Shown here: positions 31,531-41,448 of the stretch, one piece after another
Position numbering within the stretch: position 1 is the first letter of the stretch
Layout: each line of letters begins with the position of its first letter
NCBI GenBank assembly: GCA_963667785.2
Contig: CAXXMU010000006.1
Span: 544,001 to 608,000 of the forward strand
Direction of reading: 5' to 3'
Source of the DNA: Alphaproteobacteria bacterium
Lineage (GTDB): Bacteria; Pseudomonadota; Alphaproteobacteria; UBA828
DNA: 64,000 bases
The notes under the pieces: generated by a model
Told to the model about the DNA's origin: nothing
The model's input: only the letters and a program-made list of their open reading frames with translations
The model's database searches: none
Made by a program: the position numbers and the translations under genes

Positions 31531-32694
31531 ATGAAGATCGTCGAGGTCACGCCGGTCTCGATCGGCCAGTTCCTCTTCGTGCGCATCGAGACCGACACGG
31601 GCATCACCGGGCTGGGCGAATCCGGCACCTGGGGGCATCTCGCCGCCTCGCGCGCCGCCATCGAGACCTTCGCCGGCCATCTGGTGGGCCAGGACCCGGC
31701 CCCCATCGAGCGCCACTGGAACCTGATGCACCGCTTCAGCCACTTCCAGGGGGCGGCGATCAACGGCGCCATCGCGGCGATCGACATCGCGCTCTGGGAC
31801 ATCAAGGGCAAGGCGCTGGGGGTCCCTGTGCACTCCCTCCTGGGCGGGCCGTGCCGGACGCACGCCAGGGTCTATGGCCACGCCTACGGCAAGACCGCGG
31901 ACGAGCTGGTGGAGAACTGCTCGGCGCTGAAGGAGGCAGGCTTCAACGCGGTGGGCCATATCAACCCCTTCCTCGACGAGCGCGAGGACGACCCCTTCTA
32001 CGCCTCCCACGTGGCCCACATGAGCCGCGCGGTGGACACCGTGCGCCGGGTGCGCGAGGCGCTCGGCGGCGAGGTCGACATGCTGCTGGAGCTGCACCGG
32101 CGGCTGACGCCCGCCGAGGCCATCGACTTCATCCCGCGCATCGAGCCCTATCTTCCCTACTGGTGCGAGGACCCGATCCGCCCGGAGAACCCGGACGCCA
32201 TGGCCGAGGTCGCGCGCCGCGTGCATGCGCCCATCGCCACCGGCGAGCGCTATGCCTCGCTGCACGATTTCCGCGCCCTCCTTGCGCGCGGGGGCGCCGC
32301 TTACGCCCGCGTCGACGTGGCGCTCTGCGGCGGCATCACCGGCGCGCGCAAGGTGGCGGCGCTGGCCGAGGCCCATCACGTCATGGTGGCGCCCCACAAT
32401 CCGCTGTCGCCGCTCGGACTCGCCGCCTGCCTGCACCTCGCCGCGGCGATCCCCAACTTCGCGATCCAGGAGTACACGACCGGCTTCGAGGCGCTGAAGA
32501 TGGAGACCAGCCTCTCGCTCCTCGGCTCGGACGTGGTCATCGGCGTGCCGCCCATGGAGGATGGCTTCGTCGCCATCGCCGACGTGCCCGGCCTCGGCGT
32601 GGCGCTGGCGCCCGATGCGGCCAGCGGACGCCCGCCGATCCAGCGGCCGGTCGCCATGCGTCCGCACCGCGACGGCTTTGTCGTCGACCAGTAG
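31531..32694 (+). CDS. Mandelate racemase/enolase-superfamily enzyme (galactonate dehydratase-like)
   Basis: AIDIALWDIKGKALG, EDP, ATGER, APHNP and IQE motifs. Confidence 0.88.
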   Translation: MKIVEVTPVSIGQFLFVRIETDTGITGLGESGTWGHLAASRAAIETFAGHLVGQDPAPIERHWNLMHRFSHFQGAAINGAIAAIDIALWDIKGKALGVPVHSLLGGPCRTHARVYGHAYGKTADELVENCSALKEAGFNAVGHINPFLDEREDDPFYASHVAHMSRAVDTVRRVREALGGEVDMLLELHRRLTPAEAIDFIPRIEPYLPYWCEDPIRPENPDAMAEVARRVHAPIATGERYASLHDFRALLARGGAAYARVDVALCGGITGARKVAALAEAHHVMVAPHNPLSPLGLAACLHLAAAIPNFAIQEYTTGFEALKMETSLSLLGSDVVIGVPPMEDGFVAIADVPGLGVALAPDAASGRPPIQRPVAMRPHRDGFVVDQ

Positions 32695-33991
32695 CGCGCA
32701 GGCGGACGCGCGTGCGATCGCGGCCCATGCACTGGGCGCGATCCTGCGCAAAGGACGGACGCTGGACCAGGCGCTGGCCGCCGCGCCGGGGCTGGAGGGG
32801 CTTGCACCCCGCGATGCCGCCTTCGCGCGCCTGCTGCTGCTCACGACGCTCCGCCGCCTCGGCCAGATCGACGCCTTCCTCGCCCGCCTCATGGACCATG
32901 CGCTGCCAGCGGGCCGGGGGCCGGTCCAGGACCTGCTGAGGCTCGGGATCTGCCAGCTCGCCTTCCTCGGGACGCCGCCCCATGCGGCGGTGGCGAGCAC
33001 CGTGGCGCTGGCCGAGGGGTCCCGTCTCGCGCCCTATCGCGGGCTCGTCAACGCGGTGCTGCGCCGGGGCGCCCGGGAGCGCGACGGGATCGCGGGCCTC
33101 GACGCCGCCCGCCTCAACACCCCCGACTGGCTCTGGCGGAGCTGGCATGAGGCCTTCGGCGAGGCGCGCTGCCGGGCCATTGCCGAGAGCCACCTGGGCG
33201 AGGCGCCGCTCGACCTTTCGCTCGCGTCGGACGCGCTGGATCGCGCGATGGACCTCGCGGCTGCGCTCGGCGCCCGGCGCCTGCCCAGCGGCACGCTCAG
33301 GCTGCACCGGGCCGGCGATGTGGCGTCGCTGCCGGGCTACGCGAGCGGCGCCTGGTGGGTGCAGGATGCGGCGGCGGCGCTGCCCGTGCGCCTGCTCGGC
33401 CCTCTCTCCGGCCGGCAGGTGCTGGAAATCGGCGCGGCGCCCGGCGGCAAGACCGCACAGCTCGCCGCCGCCGGTGCGCGGGTCGTCGCGGTGGACCGCG
33501 CCGCCGCCCGCATCGCCCGACTGCGGGAGAACCTCGCCAGGCTCCACCTCGACGCCGAGATCGTCGAGGCCGATGCCCTCGACTGGCGCCCCCCGGCGCC
33601 TGCCGACCTGGTGCTCCTCGACGTCCCCTGCACGGCGACGGGGACGATCAGGCGCCATCCCGACATACCGCACGGCCGCAGCGCGGCCGACGTCTCCCGG
33701 CTCGCCGCCGTGCAGGAGCGGCTTCTCGCCCGCGCGGCCACCATGGTGGCACCGGGGGGCCTCCTCCTCTACGCGAGCTGCTCGCTGCAGCCGGAGGAAT
33801 GCGAGCACCGGGTGGAGGGGTTTCTCGCCGCGACGCCGGAGTTCGCGCGCCTGCCCGTGGGCCCCGACGAGCTGCCGGGCGTGCCCGAGGCCGTGACCGC
33901 GGCCGGCGATCTGCGCACGCTCCCCTGCCACTGGGCGGCAGATGGAGGCATGGACGGCTTCTATGCCGCGCGCTTGCGGCGCCATCCCTAA
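32678..33991 (+). CDS. rsmB: RsmB/NOP-family rRNA m5C methyltransferase (NusB-like N-terminus)
   Basis: [31 protein letters not shown] and DGFY motifs; TTG start estimated. Confidence 0.88.
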   Translation: MSSTSSAQADARAIAAHALGAILRKGRTLDQALAAAPGLEGLAPRDAAFARLLLLTTLRRLGQIDAFLARLMDHALPAGRGPVQDLLRLGICQLAFLGTPPHAAVASTVALAEGSRLAPYRGLVNAVLRRGARERDGIAGLDAARLNTPDWLWRSWHEAFGEARCRAIAESHLGEAPLDLSLASDALDRAMDLAAALGARRLPSGTLRLHRAGDVASLPGYASGAWWVQDAAAALPVRLLGPLSGRQVLEIGAAPGGKTAQLAAAGARVVAVDRAAARIARLRENLARLHLDAEIVEADALDWRPPAPADLVLLDVPCTATGTIRRHPDIPHGRSAADVSRLAAVQERLLARAATMVAPGGLLLYASCSLQPEECEHRVEGFLAATPEFARLPVGPDELPGVPEAVTAAGDLRTLPCHWAADGGMDGFYAARLRRHP

Positions 33992-34011
33992 ACTGGTACC
34001 CAGACGCCGGC

Positions 34012-34743
34012 ATGCAACAGGTGCTCCGGATCGCGGCGTCGGTTCTGGCGGCGGACTTCTCGCGGCTGGGTGAGGAGGTCCGGGCGATCACCGAAGCGGG
34101 CGCCGACTGGCTCCACGTCGACGTGATGGACGGGCATTTCGTGCCCAACCTGACGATCGGCCCGGACGTGGTGGCCGCGCTCAGGCCCCACAGCGCGCTC
34201 CCCTTCGACGTCCACCTGATGGTGAGCCCGGTCGATCCCTACATCGAGGCCTTCGCCGAAGCCGGCGCCGACACGATCACCGTGCATGCCGAGGCGGGCC
34301 CCCACCTGCACCGGACACTCCAGCGAATCAGGAGCACGGGCAGGCGGGCGGGCGTCGCACTCAATCCGGCGACTCCGGCCCACGCCGTCGAGCCGGTGCT
34401 CGGCGAAGTCGATCTGGTGCTGGTGATGTCGGTCAACCCGGGCTTCGGCGGCCAGCGCTTCATCCCGAGCCAGCTCGAGAAGATCGGCATGCTCAGGGCG
34501 CTCATCGACCGGGGCGGGCGCAGCGTCGATCTCGCGGTCGACGGCGGGATCGACGAGAGCACGGCCCCCCTCGCCTCGGGCGCCGGCGCCGACGTCATGG
34601 TCGCGGGCTCGGCGAGCTTCGCCGGCGGCCGCGCCGCCTATGCGGGCAATATCGCGCGGCTGAGGGCGGCCGCCGAAGCGGGACGCTCGGCCCCGCCTGA
34701 CGTATCCGCAGTTCCGCGCGCGGTCGGCGCGGCTACCCCCTAG
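34012..34743 (+). CDS. rpe: Ribulose-phosphate 3-epimerase
   Basis: [27 protein letters not shown] and VDGG motifs. Confidence 0.96.
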   Translation: MQQVLRIAASVLAADFSRLGEEVRAITEAGADWLHVDVMDGHFVPNLTIGPDVVAALRPHSALPFDVHLMVSPVDPYIEAFAEAGADTITVHAEAGPHLHRTLQRIRSTGRRAGVALNPATPAHAVEPVLGEVDLVLVMSVNPGFGGQRFIPSQLEKIGMLRALIDRGGRSVDLAVDGGIDESTAPLASGAGADVMVAGSASFAGGRAAYAGNIARLRAAAEAGRSAPPDVSAVPRAVGAATP

Positions 34744-34758
34744 TCCCACTCGATTCTC

Positions 34759-36420
34759 ATGGGCGAGAGGGACGGGTTGGCCGCCGGCAGGCTCCTTGGC
34801 GCGCTGAGACGGCTCCGCCCCCGCTCGTCCGGGCTGGCGGCGGACGGCGGATCGCTGCGGCTGCTGCACCGTGCCGACGACCCGGTGCCCGGAGTCGCCA
34901 GCCGGGGCGAGGCATTGCTGGCCGGCGACTACGAGTTCGGCGGGCTCACGGTTCGAGCCTCGGATGCGGGCGCCGGCGCCAGCGCGCCCTGGCGTCACCG
35001 GGAGGAGGGCGCCTACTGGCTCACCGAGCTCCATGCCTTCGCCTGGCTGCGCGACCTGCGTGCGGTGGGCACGCGCCAGGCCGCCGAGCGCGCACGCTTT
35101 CTGGTGCTCGACTGGCTCAGGCAGCATCGCTCGATCGAGCAGTTGGCGGCATGGGAGCCCGCGGCCCTTGGGCGGCGCCTCTCGGCCTGGCTCGCTCACA
35201 GCGAGTTCCTGCTGCAGGGCGCGGACGCGGAGTTCACGGGGCGCTTCCACCAGGCGCTGGAGCTCCAGGCCAGCCACCTGCTGCGTACCGCCCGCAATGC
35301 CGGCGAAGGCCTGCCGCAGCTCATCGTCGCCAAGGGGATGATCGAGAGCGGGCTCTGCCTGCCCGACGGCGAGCGCCGCGTCTCCCAGGGCCACAAACTG
35401 CTGGAAGCGACGCTGGAGCATCAGCTTCTGGGCGACGGTGGTCATGTCGAGCGGAACCCGTCCTCGCATCTCGCTGCGCTGTGGTCCCTCGCGGCGCTGC
35501 GCGCGACGCTGGAGGCCGGCGGTCACCCCGTCGTCCCGGCGCTGTCGGAGGGGATCGCCCAGCTGGCGCCGGTGCTGCGCATGCTCCGCCACGGCGACGG
35601 CGCTCTCGCGCTCTTCAACGGCGGCGTCGAGGAAGAGCGCGGCCTGATCGATCTCGCCCTCAGCCGGGCAGCCGAGGTCGGGGGCCGCGCCCTGCTCGAT
35701 GCGCCCGACACCGGGTTCCGGCGGATCGAGAGCAGGCACGCCACCCTGATCGCCGACACGGGCGTGCCGTCCGTCACGGGCCGCTGGGCCCATGCCGGCA
35801 CCTTGAGCCTGGAGATGAGCGCCGGCCGGGAGCGCCTCATCGTCAATTGCGGCGGCTGGCGCGGCGGCGAGGGCGCGTGGCGAGAGGCCCTCAGGGCCAC
35901 CGCGGCCCACAGCACGCTCACCGTCGACGACACCAACAGCGCGACCCTGGACGCGAGCGGCACGATCGCGGACGGCCCCACCACGGTGCAGGTGGAGCGA
36001 CGCGACCAGGACGGCGCGACCTGGATCGACGCCAGCCACGACGGCTATCTCGACACGCTCGGGCTCGTTCACAAGCGCCGGCTCTACGCGGGCGCCGCGG
36101 GCGCGGACGTGCGGGGCGAGGACTCGCTCATTCACGTCAGGAAGCGGCGGCGGCAGGGGCGCGAATTCGCCCTCCGCTTCCACCTTCATCCCGACGTGCG
36201 CAGCGCGCTGACAGAGGACCGGCGCGCCGCGCTCCTGCGACTGCCCAGCGGCGCGGTGTGGCAGATGCGCGCCGTCGGCGCCTCGGTGAGCATCGACGAG
36301 AGCGTCTATGCCGGGGACGGCGCGAACCGGCGGCGCACCTCGCAAGTCGCGCTGACCGGGCCGATCGAGGACACGACCACGGTGAAATGGGCGCTGCGGC
36401 TCCTGCCGACGGGCAATTGA
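34759..36420 (+). CDS. Heparinase II/III-family protein
   Basis: LHAFAWLRDL, DGGHVERNP, HAGTLSLE, RATAAHST and ASHDGY motifs. Confidence 0.88.
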   Translation: MGERDGLAAGRLLGALRRLRPRSSGLAADGGSLRLLHRADDPVPGVASRGEALLAGDYEFGGLTVRASDAGAGASAPWRHREEGAYWLTELHAFAWLRDLRAVGTRQAAERARFLVLDWLRQHRSIEQLAAWEPAALGRRLSAWLAHSEFLLQGADAEFTGRFHQALELQASHLLRTARNAGEGLPQLIVAKGMIESGLCLPDGERRVSQGHKLLEATLEHQLLGDGGHVERNPSSHLAALWSLAALRATLEAGGHPVVPALSEGIAQLAPVLRMLRHGDGALALFNGGVEEERGLIDLALSRAAEVGGRALLDAPDTGFRRIESRHATLIADTGVPSVTGRWAHAGTLSLEMSAGRERLIVNCGGWRGGEGAWREALRATAAHSTLTVDDTNSATLDASGTIADGPTTVQVERRDQDGATWIDASHDGYLDTLGLVHKRRLYAGAAGADVRGEDSLIHVRKRRRQGREFALRFHLHPDVRSALTEDRRAALLRLPSGAVWQMRAVGASVSIDESVYAGDGANRRRTSQVALTGPIEDTTTVKWALRLLPTGN

Positions 36421-36631
36421 GCGTACCGGCGCCTGAACGGCGTGGCACGAAAGCCCCTTGCAAACCACGCAATAATCGACCAACAAGGGGCCGTTGGTTG
36501 CACGTGACCTTGATGTATCTTCGCAGACTGACTCCAGCCTGGCCAAGCTACTCTAGAGACACGCTGCGCCCCGAACACCCGCGACGCCGCGCAATGCGGC
36601 ACGGGCGTTTAACAATGCGAAAGGAGTAGTC

Positions 36632-36841
36632 ATGGCGACTGGAACGGTAAAGTGGTTCAACGCGGTCAAGGGTTACGGCTTCATTCAGCCGAGCGACGGG
36701 TCCAAGGATGCCTTCGTGCACATCTCCGCGGTCGAGCGGGCGGGCCTCACCAACCTGCGCGAGGGTCAGAAGGTCGAGTACGAGCTGACGCCGGGTCGGG
36801 ACGGCAGGGCGTCGGCGGAGAACATAGTCGTTCTGGACTGA
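36632..36841 (+). CDS. cspA: Cold-shock protein
   Basis: GTVKWFN, KGYGFI and FVHIS motifs; AAGGAG RBS. Confidence 0.96.
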   Translation: MATGTVKWFNAVKGYGFIQPSDGSKDAFVHISAVERAGLTNLREGQKVEYELTPGRDGRASAENIVVLD

Positions 36842-36963
36842 CCGTCCGCACATCTCACCCCACGATAGCCGGCGGCACACGCCGCCGGACTCCCGGCGCG
36901 ATCCGCTGAGCGTCGACGAGCGCCGCGCGTCCGGAGCGCGGCCGGCCAGCCGGAAAGGAACGA

Positions 36964-37209
36964 ATGGCACGCAAGCCGAACTATCGCTTCGCGCGACTCG
37001 AGCGTGAACGCAACAAGGCCGCGAAGAAGGCCGAGCGCGCCAAGCAGAAGGCCGAACGCGCGGAACAGAGGCGACTGGAGAAGGCCGGACTGCCCGCCGA
37101 GGGCGATGACGCCGCGGGCGCCGAGGCCGGCGCCGCCGAGAGCACCGCGGGCACATCGGGCGAGCGCCTCGACGCGGACGGCACGGGGCCGTCGCAGGCA
37201 GAACGCTAG
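36964..37209 (+). CDS. Small basic hypothetical protein
   Basis: AAGGA RBS; MARKPNYRF followed by a Lys/Arg/Glu-rich helix and an acidic tail. Confidence 0.65.
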   Translation: MARKPNYRFARLERERNKAAKKAERAKQKAERAEQRRLEKAGLPAEGDDAAGAEAGAAESTAGTSGERLDADGTGPSQAER

Positions 37210-37438
37210 AGCAAGCTCTGACCGCACGGGGTCGCGTCCGGTTGTCGCACGCTCCCCCTGTTCGCATGCCGCGCGGCTGGAGACTCCCCCACCTCTCCCC
37301 GGCCCTCTCCTCCCCGCCGGGGAGGAGAGGGAGACGGGGCGGTTCCGCTTTCTTTCCCCCTCCTCCTGGGAGGAGGGGGCAGGGAGAGGTGGGTGCCGTC
37401 GAGCCGTGGTGACCTCGTATGGTCGGATAATGCTCTAG
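37206..37438 (+). repeat. CTAG-bounded composite element, copy 5 (arm type A)
   Basis: CTAGAGCAAGCTCTGACC...GGTCGGATAATGCTCTAG; the left CTAG contains the stop of 36964..37209. Confidence 0.88.
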
Positions 37439-37484
37439 CCCGCCCGCCGGCGCGGGCGGCGGATGCGGGGAGCGCCCCCTCCCC

Positions 37485-38195
37485 TCAGGCGTCTTTCGGC
37501 GCCCTGGAGAGCTTGTCGGCGAGCCGGGTGGGCTCGGGCAGCCGGTAGCGCGTGGCGCAGGCGAGCGTCAGCGACACGGCGGTGCGGACCGAGACCCGGT
37601 GCCCGGCCGAGACGTAGACGGGCTTCACCCGCGCGCGGGTACGCAGCACGGCGCCGATGCGCTCGCTTGGCCGCGCGCCCTTGCCGGCGAGAAGCCACGC
37701 GACATCGCCCTTCTCCGGGCCGGGCTCTTCGTGGATGCCGGTGAGCCGCGACTTCGCGACGCCGATGGCGGGGATGTCCAGCCAGAGGCCCAGATGGCAG
37801 GCGAGCCCGAAGCGGCGCGGATGGGCATAGCCGTGACCGTCGCAGAGGACGAGGTCCGGCGCCCCGCGCAGCTCGTCCAGGGCCTCCAGCAACGCCGGCA
37901 CCTCGCGGAAGGAGAGGAGCCCCGGCACGTAGGGGAATGCCGTCGGGCGCTCGATCAGCACGCTCTCGACGGGGGTCAGGCCGGGAAAGTCCAGCAGCAC
38001 CGCCGCCGCGCGGATCACCCGGCCCCCGTCGGCGAAGGCAGCATCGACTCCCGCCACCTGCCTGAGCGCACGCCGTCCGCCGGGGCCCAGGCGGTCCGCG
38101 CGGACCACGGCGCCGGCGAGCGTCCTCTGCAGCACGACCGCCTCGGTCGGAGTCAGATCCCACTCATGCAGCGGCCCGCCGGAGCGGGTCGTCAT
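37485..38195 (-). CDS. nfi: Endonuclease V
   Basis: VAGVD, FPYVPGLLSFRE, DGHGYAHPRRFGLACH, GVAKS and LPEPTRLAD motifs. Confidence 0.95.
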   Translation of the reverse strand: MTTRSGGPLHEWDLTPTEAVVLQRTLAGAVVRADRLGPGGRRALRQVAGVDAAFADGGRVIRAAAVLLDFPGLTPVESVLIERPTAFPYVPGLLSFREVPALLEALDELRGAPDLVLCDGHGYAHPRRFGLACHLGLWLDIPAIGVAKSRLTGIHEEPGPEKGDVAWLLAGKGARPSERIGAVLRTRARVKPVYVSAGHRVSVRTAVSLTLACATRYRLPEPTRLADKLSRAPKDA

Positions 38196-41100
38196 TCCGC
38201 GCCCGTTCCGGGCGACGGATCGTCCAGCACCGTCCCCAGCCGTTCGCGCCGGCGCTGCTGCCCGGTCGCGACCACCGCGAGCAGCGGCGGGACGATCAGC
38301 AGCGTCAGCACGGCGGAGAGCGCAAGCCCGCCAATCACCACCGAGCCGAGCCCGCGATAGAGCTCCGAGCCCGCGCCCGGAAACAGCACCAGCGGCAGCA
38401 TGCCGAACACGCTGGTGAAGGTCGACATGAAGATCGGTCGGATACGGTTCCTCGTCGCCGCCACGATCGCGTCCGACACCTCCATCCGCTCCTCCCTGAT
38501 GAGATAGAGGGTCTGGTGGACGAGCAGGATGGCGTTGTTGACGACGATGCCGACCAGGATGACGAAGCCCAGCAGCGTCAGCATGTCGAGCGGCTGGAAG
38601 GCATAGCTGTTGACCACCGCGAGCCCCAGCACCCCGCCGGCGGCGGCGAGCGGCACCGAGAGCATGATGACGAAGGGATAGACGAAGCTCTCGAAGAGGA
38701 CGGCCATGATGAGGTAGACGATGGCGATGGCGACCACCAGATTGATCGCCATCGCGTCCCAGGTCGCCGCGAGGTCGTCGGCGGTACCGGAAAGCCTGAT
38801 CTTGACCCCAGGCGGCAGGCCCTGCGCCTCCAGCGCCTGCACGACGCCGGTCTCCAGCCTCTCCAGCGCGACCTCGAGGGGAATGTCCGCCGCGGGGCGG
38901 ATCTCCAGGGTTATCGTGCGCTCGCGCTCGACATGACGAATCTTGGTCGGGCCCGCTGTGACGACGATATCGGCGAGCGAGCTCGCCGGCACGGTGGCGC
39001 CGGCGCCGGTCACCACGGGCAGGCTCTCGATGCCCTGGGTGCGGACGACGTTGGCGTCCGGCCCGGCCAGCACAAGGTCCATCCGCTTCGCCTCGATGGT
39101 CACCTCGTCCACCTTGAGTCCGTCGTTGTAGGCCTCGATGGTGGCACCCAGCTCGCGCGCGGAGATCCCGTTGTCGCCGAGCCTGACGGGATCGGGCAGC
39201 AGCCGGACCTCGGGCGAGCCGAACTCGAGGCCCGGCTTGGGGCGGAACTGGTTGCCCTGATCGAAGGGGAGCGCTTGGGCGACGAGGCCGGTCGCCTGCA
39301 GCGCGATGCCGAGCACGGCCTCGAGCTCAGGCCCTGAGATGTCGACGTCGATCTTGCGCCCGCCGCCGATCCCGCGGCCGAAGAGTGACGCCTGGCTGAC
39401 GAAGCCGAAGGTGCCGGGCTCGAAGAAGACCGGCTGGCGGATCGGGTCGATCAGCTCGCCGGCGCGGTCGGTCTCGACGGCCACCGCGCCGACGAAGGCC
39501 TGATCGCGAAAGGTCACGAAGAAGAAGCGCTGCATCTTGGGTGGCTCGCCCGGTGCCGCGACCGGTCCGGTCTCCGATTCCCAGAGCGGGCGCACGGCGT
39601 CCTCCACCGAGCGCGCGATGCCGGTCGTGGTCTCCAGATTGTAGCCTGGCGGCGGAAGCACGACGCCGAACACCAGGTTGCGGTTGCCGGTGGGCAGATA
39701 GTCGAGCCGCGGCAGCAGCATCCACGAGACGACCAGCGCGCCGCCGCAGACGACGAGCGCGATCACGGCCGCGCGCAGCCGCCGGCGCACGACCCACCCG
39801 GTGAAGCCCAGCACGATGCGGACGAACAGCGCGGCGGCATCGTCGATGACGGGCAGGCGAAGCCGGCGCGGCGCGGCATCGTCGACCGCACGCGCCACGG
39901 GCGTCTGCTCGACGCCGAGGAGCCTGCGTCCGAGGATTCGGCTCGCGAGCGAGGGGATGACGGTGCTCGCCACCACCAGCGAGAGCACCACGGATACCGA
40001 GATCGCGACGGCGATATCCCGGAAGAGCTGGCCGGCTTCCAGCTCCATGACCAGGATCGGCACGAAGACCAGGACCGTGGTGGCGGCGGAGACGAACACC
40101 GCCCCCCAGACCTGCCGCGCTCCGTAATAGGCGGCCTGCAGACGGCCGTGGCCGCTCTGGCGCAGGCGGTAGATGTTCTCCAGCACCACGATCGCCGCAT
40201 CCACCACCATGCCGACGGCGAAGGCGAGGCCCGCGAGCGAGATCACGTTGATGGAGCGGCCGAGCAGCGCCATCGCCACGAAGGAGCCCACGACCGAGAC
40301 CGGGATCGCGACCGAGACGATGAGCGTCGCCGAGAAGGAGCGCAGGAACAGCAGCAGGATGAGCGCGGCCAGTGCGCCGCCGACGAAGATGTTCTGCTGC
40401 ACCAGATTGATCGCGGAATCGATGTAGACGGTCTCGTCGTAGACCTGCTCGAAGACGAGACCCGCCTGCGGGATCGACGCGGCGTTCAGCTCGGCGACCG
40501 CCGCCCTGATCCCCTCCATGGTCTCGATCACGTTGGCGCCGGTCTCGCGCACCGTGTTGACGGCGAGCGCCGGCTCGCCGAGCAGGCGGATGCGCGCGAC
40601 GGGCTCCTTGTAGCGGTAGGCGATCGTGGCGATGTCGCCGACGGTCACCCGGCCGAGCCGGCCGGAGAGAGGATCGCGCGCAGAGCGCAGCACGACGCCC
40701 GCGACCCGCTCGGGCGTGTTGAGCTCGCCGTCGGTCCGCACCACGTAGCGGCGCTTGCCCTCCTCGACGTCGCCCGCCGAGATCGAGGCGTTCGAGCGCC
40801 TGAGCGCGTCCGCAATCCCGGTGACCGTGAGGCCGTAGCGGGCCATGCGCTCGGGATCGACCGTGATGCGAAGCTCGCGCGTGGTGCCGCCGAACATGTT
40901 GACGCGGGCCACGCCCGGCACCCGCTCGAGGCGCTCGCGGATGACGTCCTCGACGAAATCGCCGTAGGTGTGGATGTCACGCTCGTTGCCGGACTGACGG
41001 GAGAGGATGAACCAGGCGATCGGCTGGTCCTCCGAACCGGCGGAGCTGATGACCGGCTCGGCGGCGTCGTCGGGCCGATCGGAGACGCGGTCCAGGCGGT

Positions 41101-41428
41101 TGGCGACCAGCACGAGCGAGCGGTCCATGTCGGTGCCGACGGCGAACTCCAGCTCGATCTCGCCGATGCCGTCGTCGGCCGAGCCGATCATGCGGTTCAG
41201 CCCTTCGAGGCCTTTGAACACCTCTTCCTGCTGGGTGATGATCTCGCGCTCGACCTCGGCCGGCGCCGCGCCGGGCCAGTAGGTCTCGACGGTGAGCACC
41301 GGCTTGCGGACGTCGGGCGTGAGCTGGATCGGAATCGTCTGCAGCGCGACGAAACCGAACATGAGCACCATCAGAATCGCGGCGACCACCGCGATCGGCC
41401 GGTCGATGGCCAGCTTGATGAGACTCAC
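38192..41428 (-). CDS. RND efflux transporter permease (AcrB/AcrD/AcrF family)
   Basis: 1078 aa; GMVVDAAIVVLENI, GIVVNNAILLV and RIRPIFMS motifs. Confidence 0.95.
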   Translation of the reverse strand: MSLIKLAIDRPIAVVAAILMVLMFGFVALQTIPIQLTPDVRKPVLTVETYWPGAAPAEVEREIITQQEEVFKGLEGLNRMIGSADDGIGEIELEFAVGTDMDRSLVLVANRLDRVSDRPDDAAEPVISSAGSEDQPIAWFILSRQSGNERDIHTYGDFVEDVIRERLERVPGVARVNMFGGTTRELRITVDPERMARYGLTVTGIADALRRSNASISAGDVEEGKRRYVVRTDGELNTPERVAGVVLRSARDPLSGRLGRVTVGDIATIAYRYKEPVARIRLLGEPALAVNTVRETGANVIETMEGIRAAVAELNAASIPQAGLVFEQVYDETVYIDSAINLVQQNIFVGGALAALILLLFLRSFSATLIVSVAIPVSVVGSFVAMALLGRSINVISLAGLAFAVGMVVDAAIVVLENIYRLRQSGHGRLQAAYYGARQVWGAVFVSAATTVLVFVPILVMELEAGQLFRDIAVAISVSVVLSLVVASTVIPSLASRILGRRLLGVEQTPVARAVDDAAPRRLRLPVIDDAAALFVRIVLGFTGWVVRRRLRAAVIALVVCGGALVVSWMLLPRLDYLPTGNRNLVFGVVLPPPGYNLETTTGIARSVEDAVRPLWESETGPVAAPGEPPKMQRFFFVTFRDQAFVGAVAVETDRAGELIDPIRQPVFFEPGTFGFVSQASLFGRGIGGGRKIDVDISGPELEAVLGIALQATGLVAQALPFDQGNQFRPKPGLEFGSPEVRLLPDPVRLGDNGISARELGATIEAYNDGLKVDEVTIEAKRMDLVLAGPDANVVRTQGIESLPVVTGAGATVPASSLADIVVTAGPTKIRHVERERTITLEIRPAADIPLEVALERLETGVVQALEAQGLPPGVKIRLSGTADDLAATWDAMAINLVVAIAIVYLIMAVLFESFVYPFVIMLSVPLAAAGGVLGLAVVNSYAFQPLDMLTLLGFVILVGIVVNNAILLVHQTLYLIREERMEVSDAIVAATRNRIRPIFMSTFTSVFGMLPLVLFPGAGSELYRGLGSVVIGGLALSAVLTLLIVPPLLAVVATGQQRRRERLGTVLDDPSPGTGAE

Positions 41429-41448
41429 CGGATGAGACTCACGGGCCG

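Noticed and set aside
36443-36461. Sigma54 promoter TGGCACG...TTGC upstream of cspA
   Set aside because: GG-to-GC spacing is 14 nt rather than the required 10.
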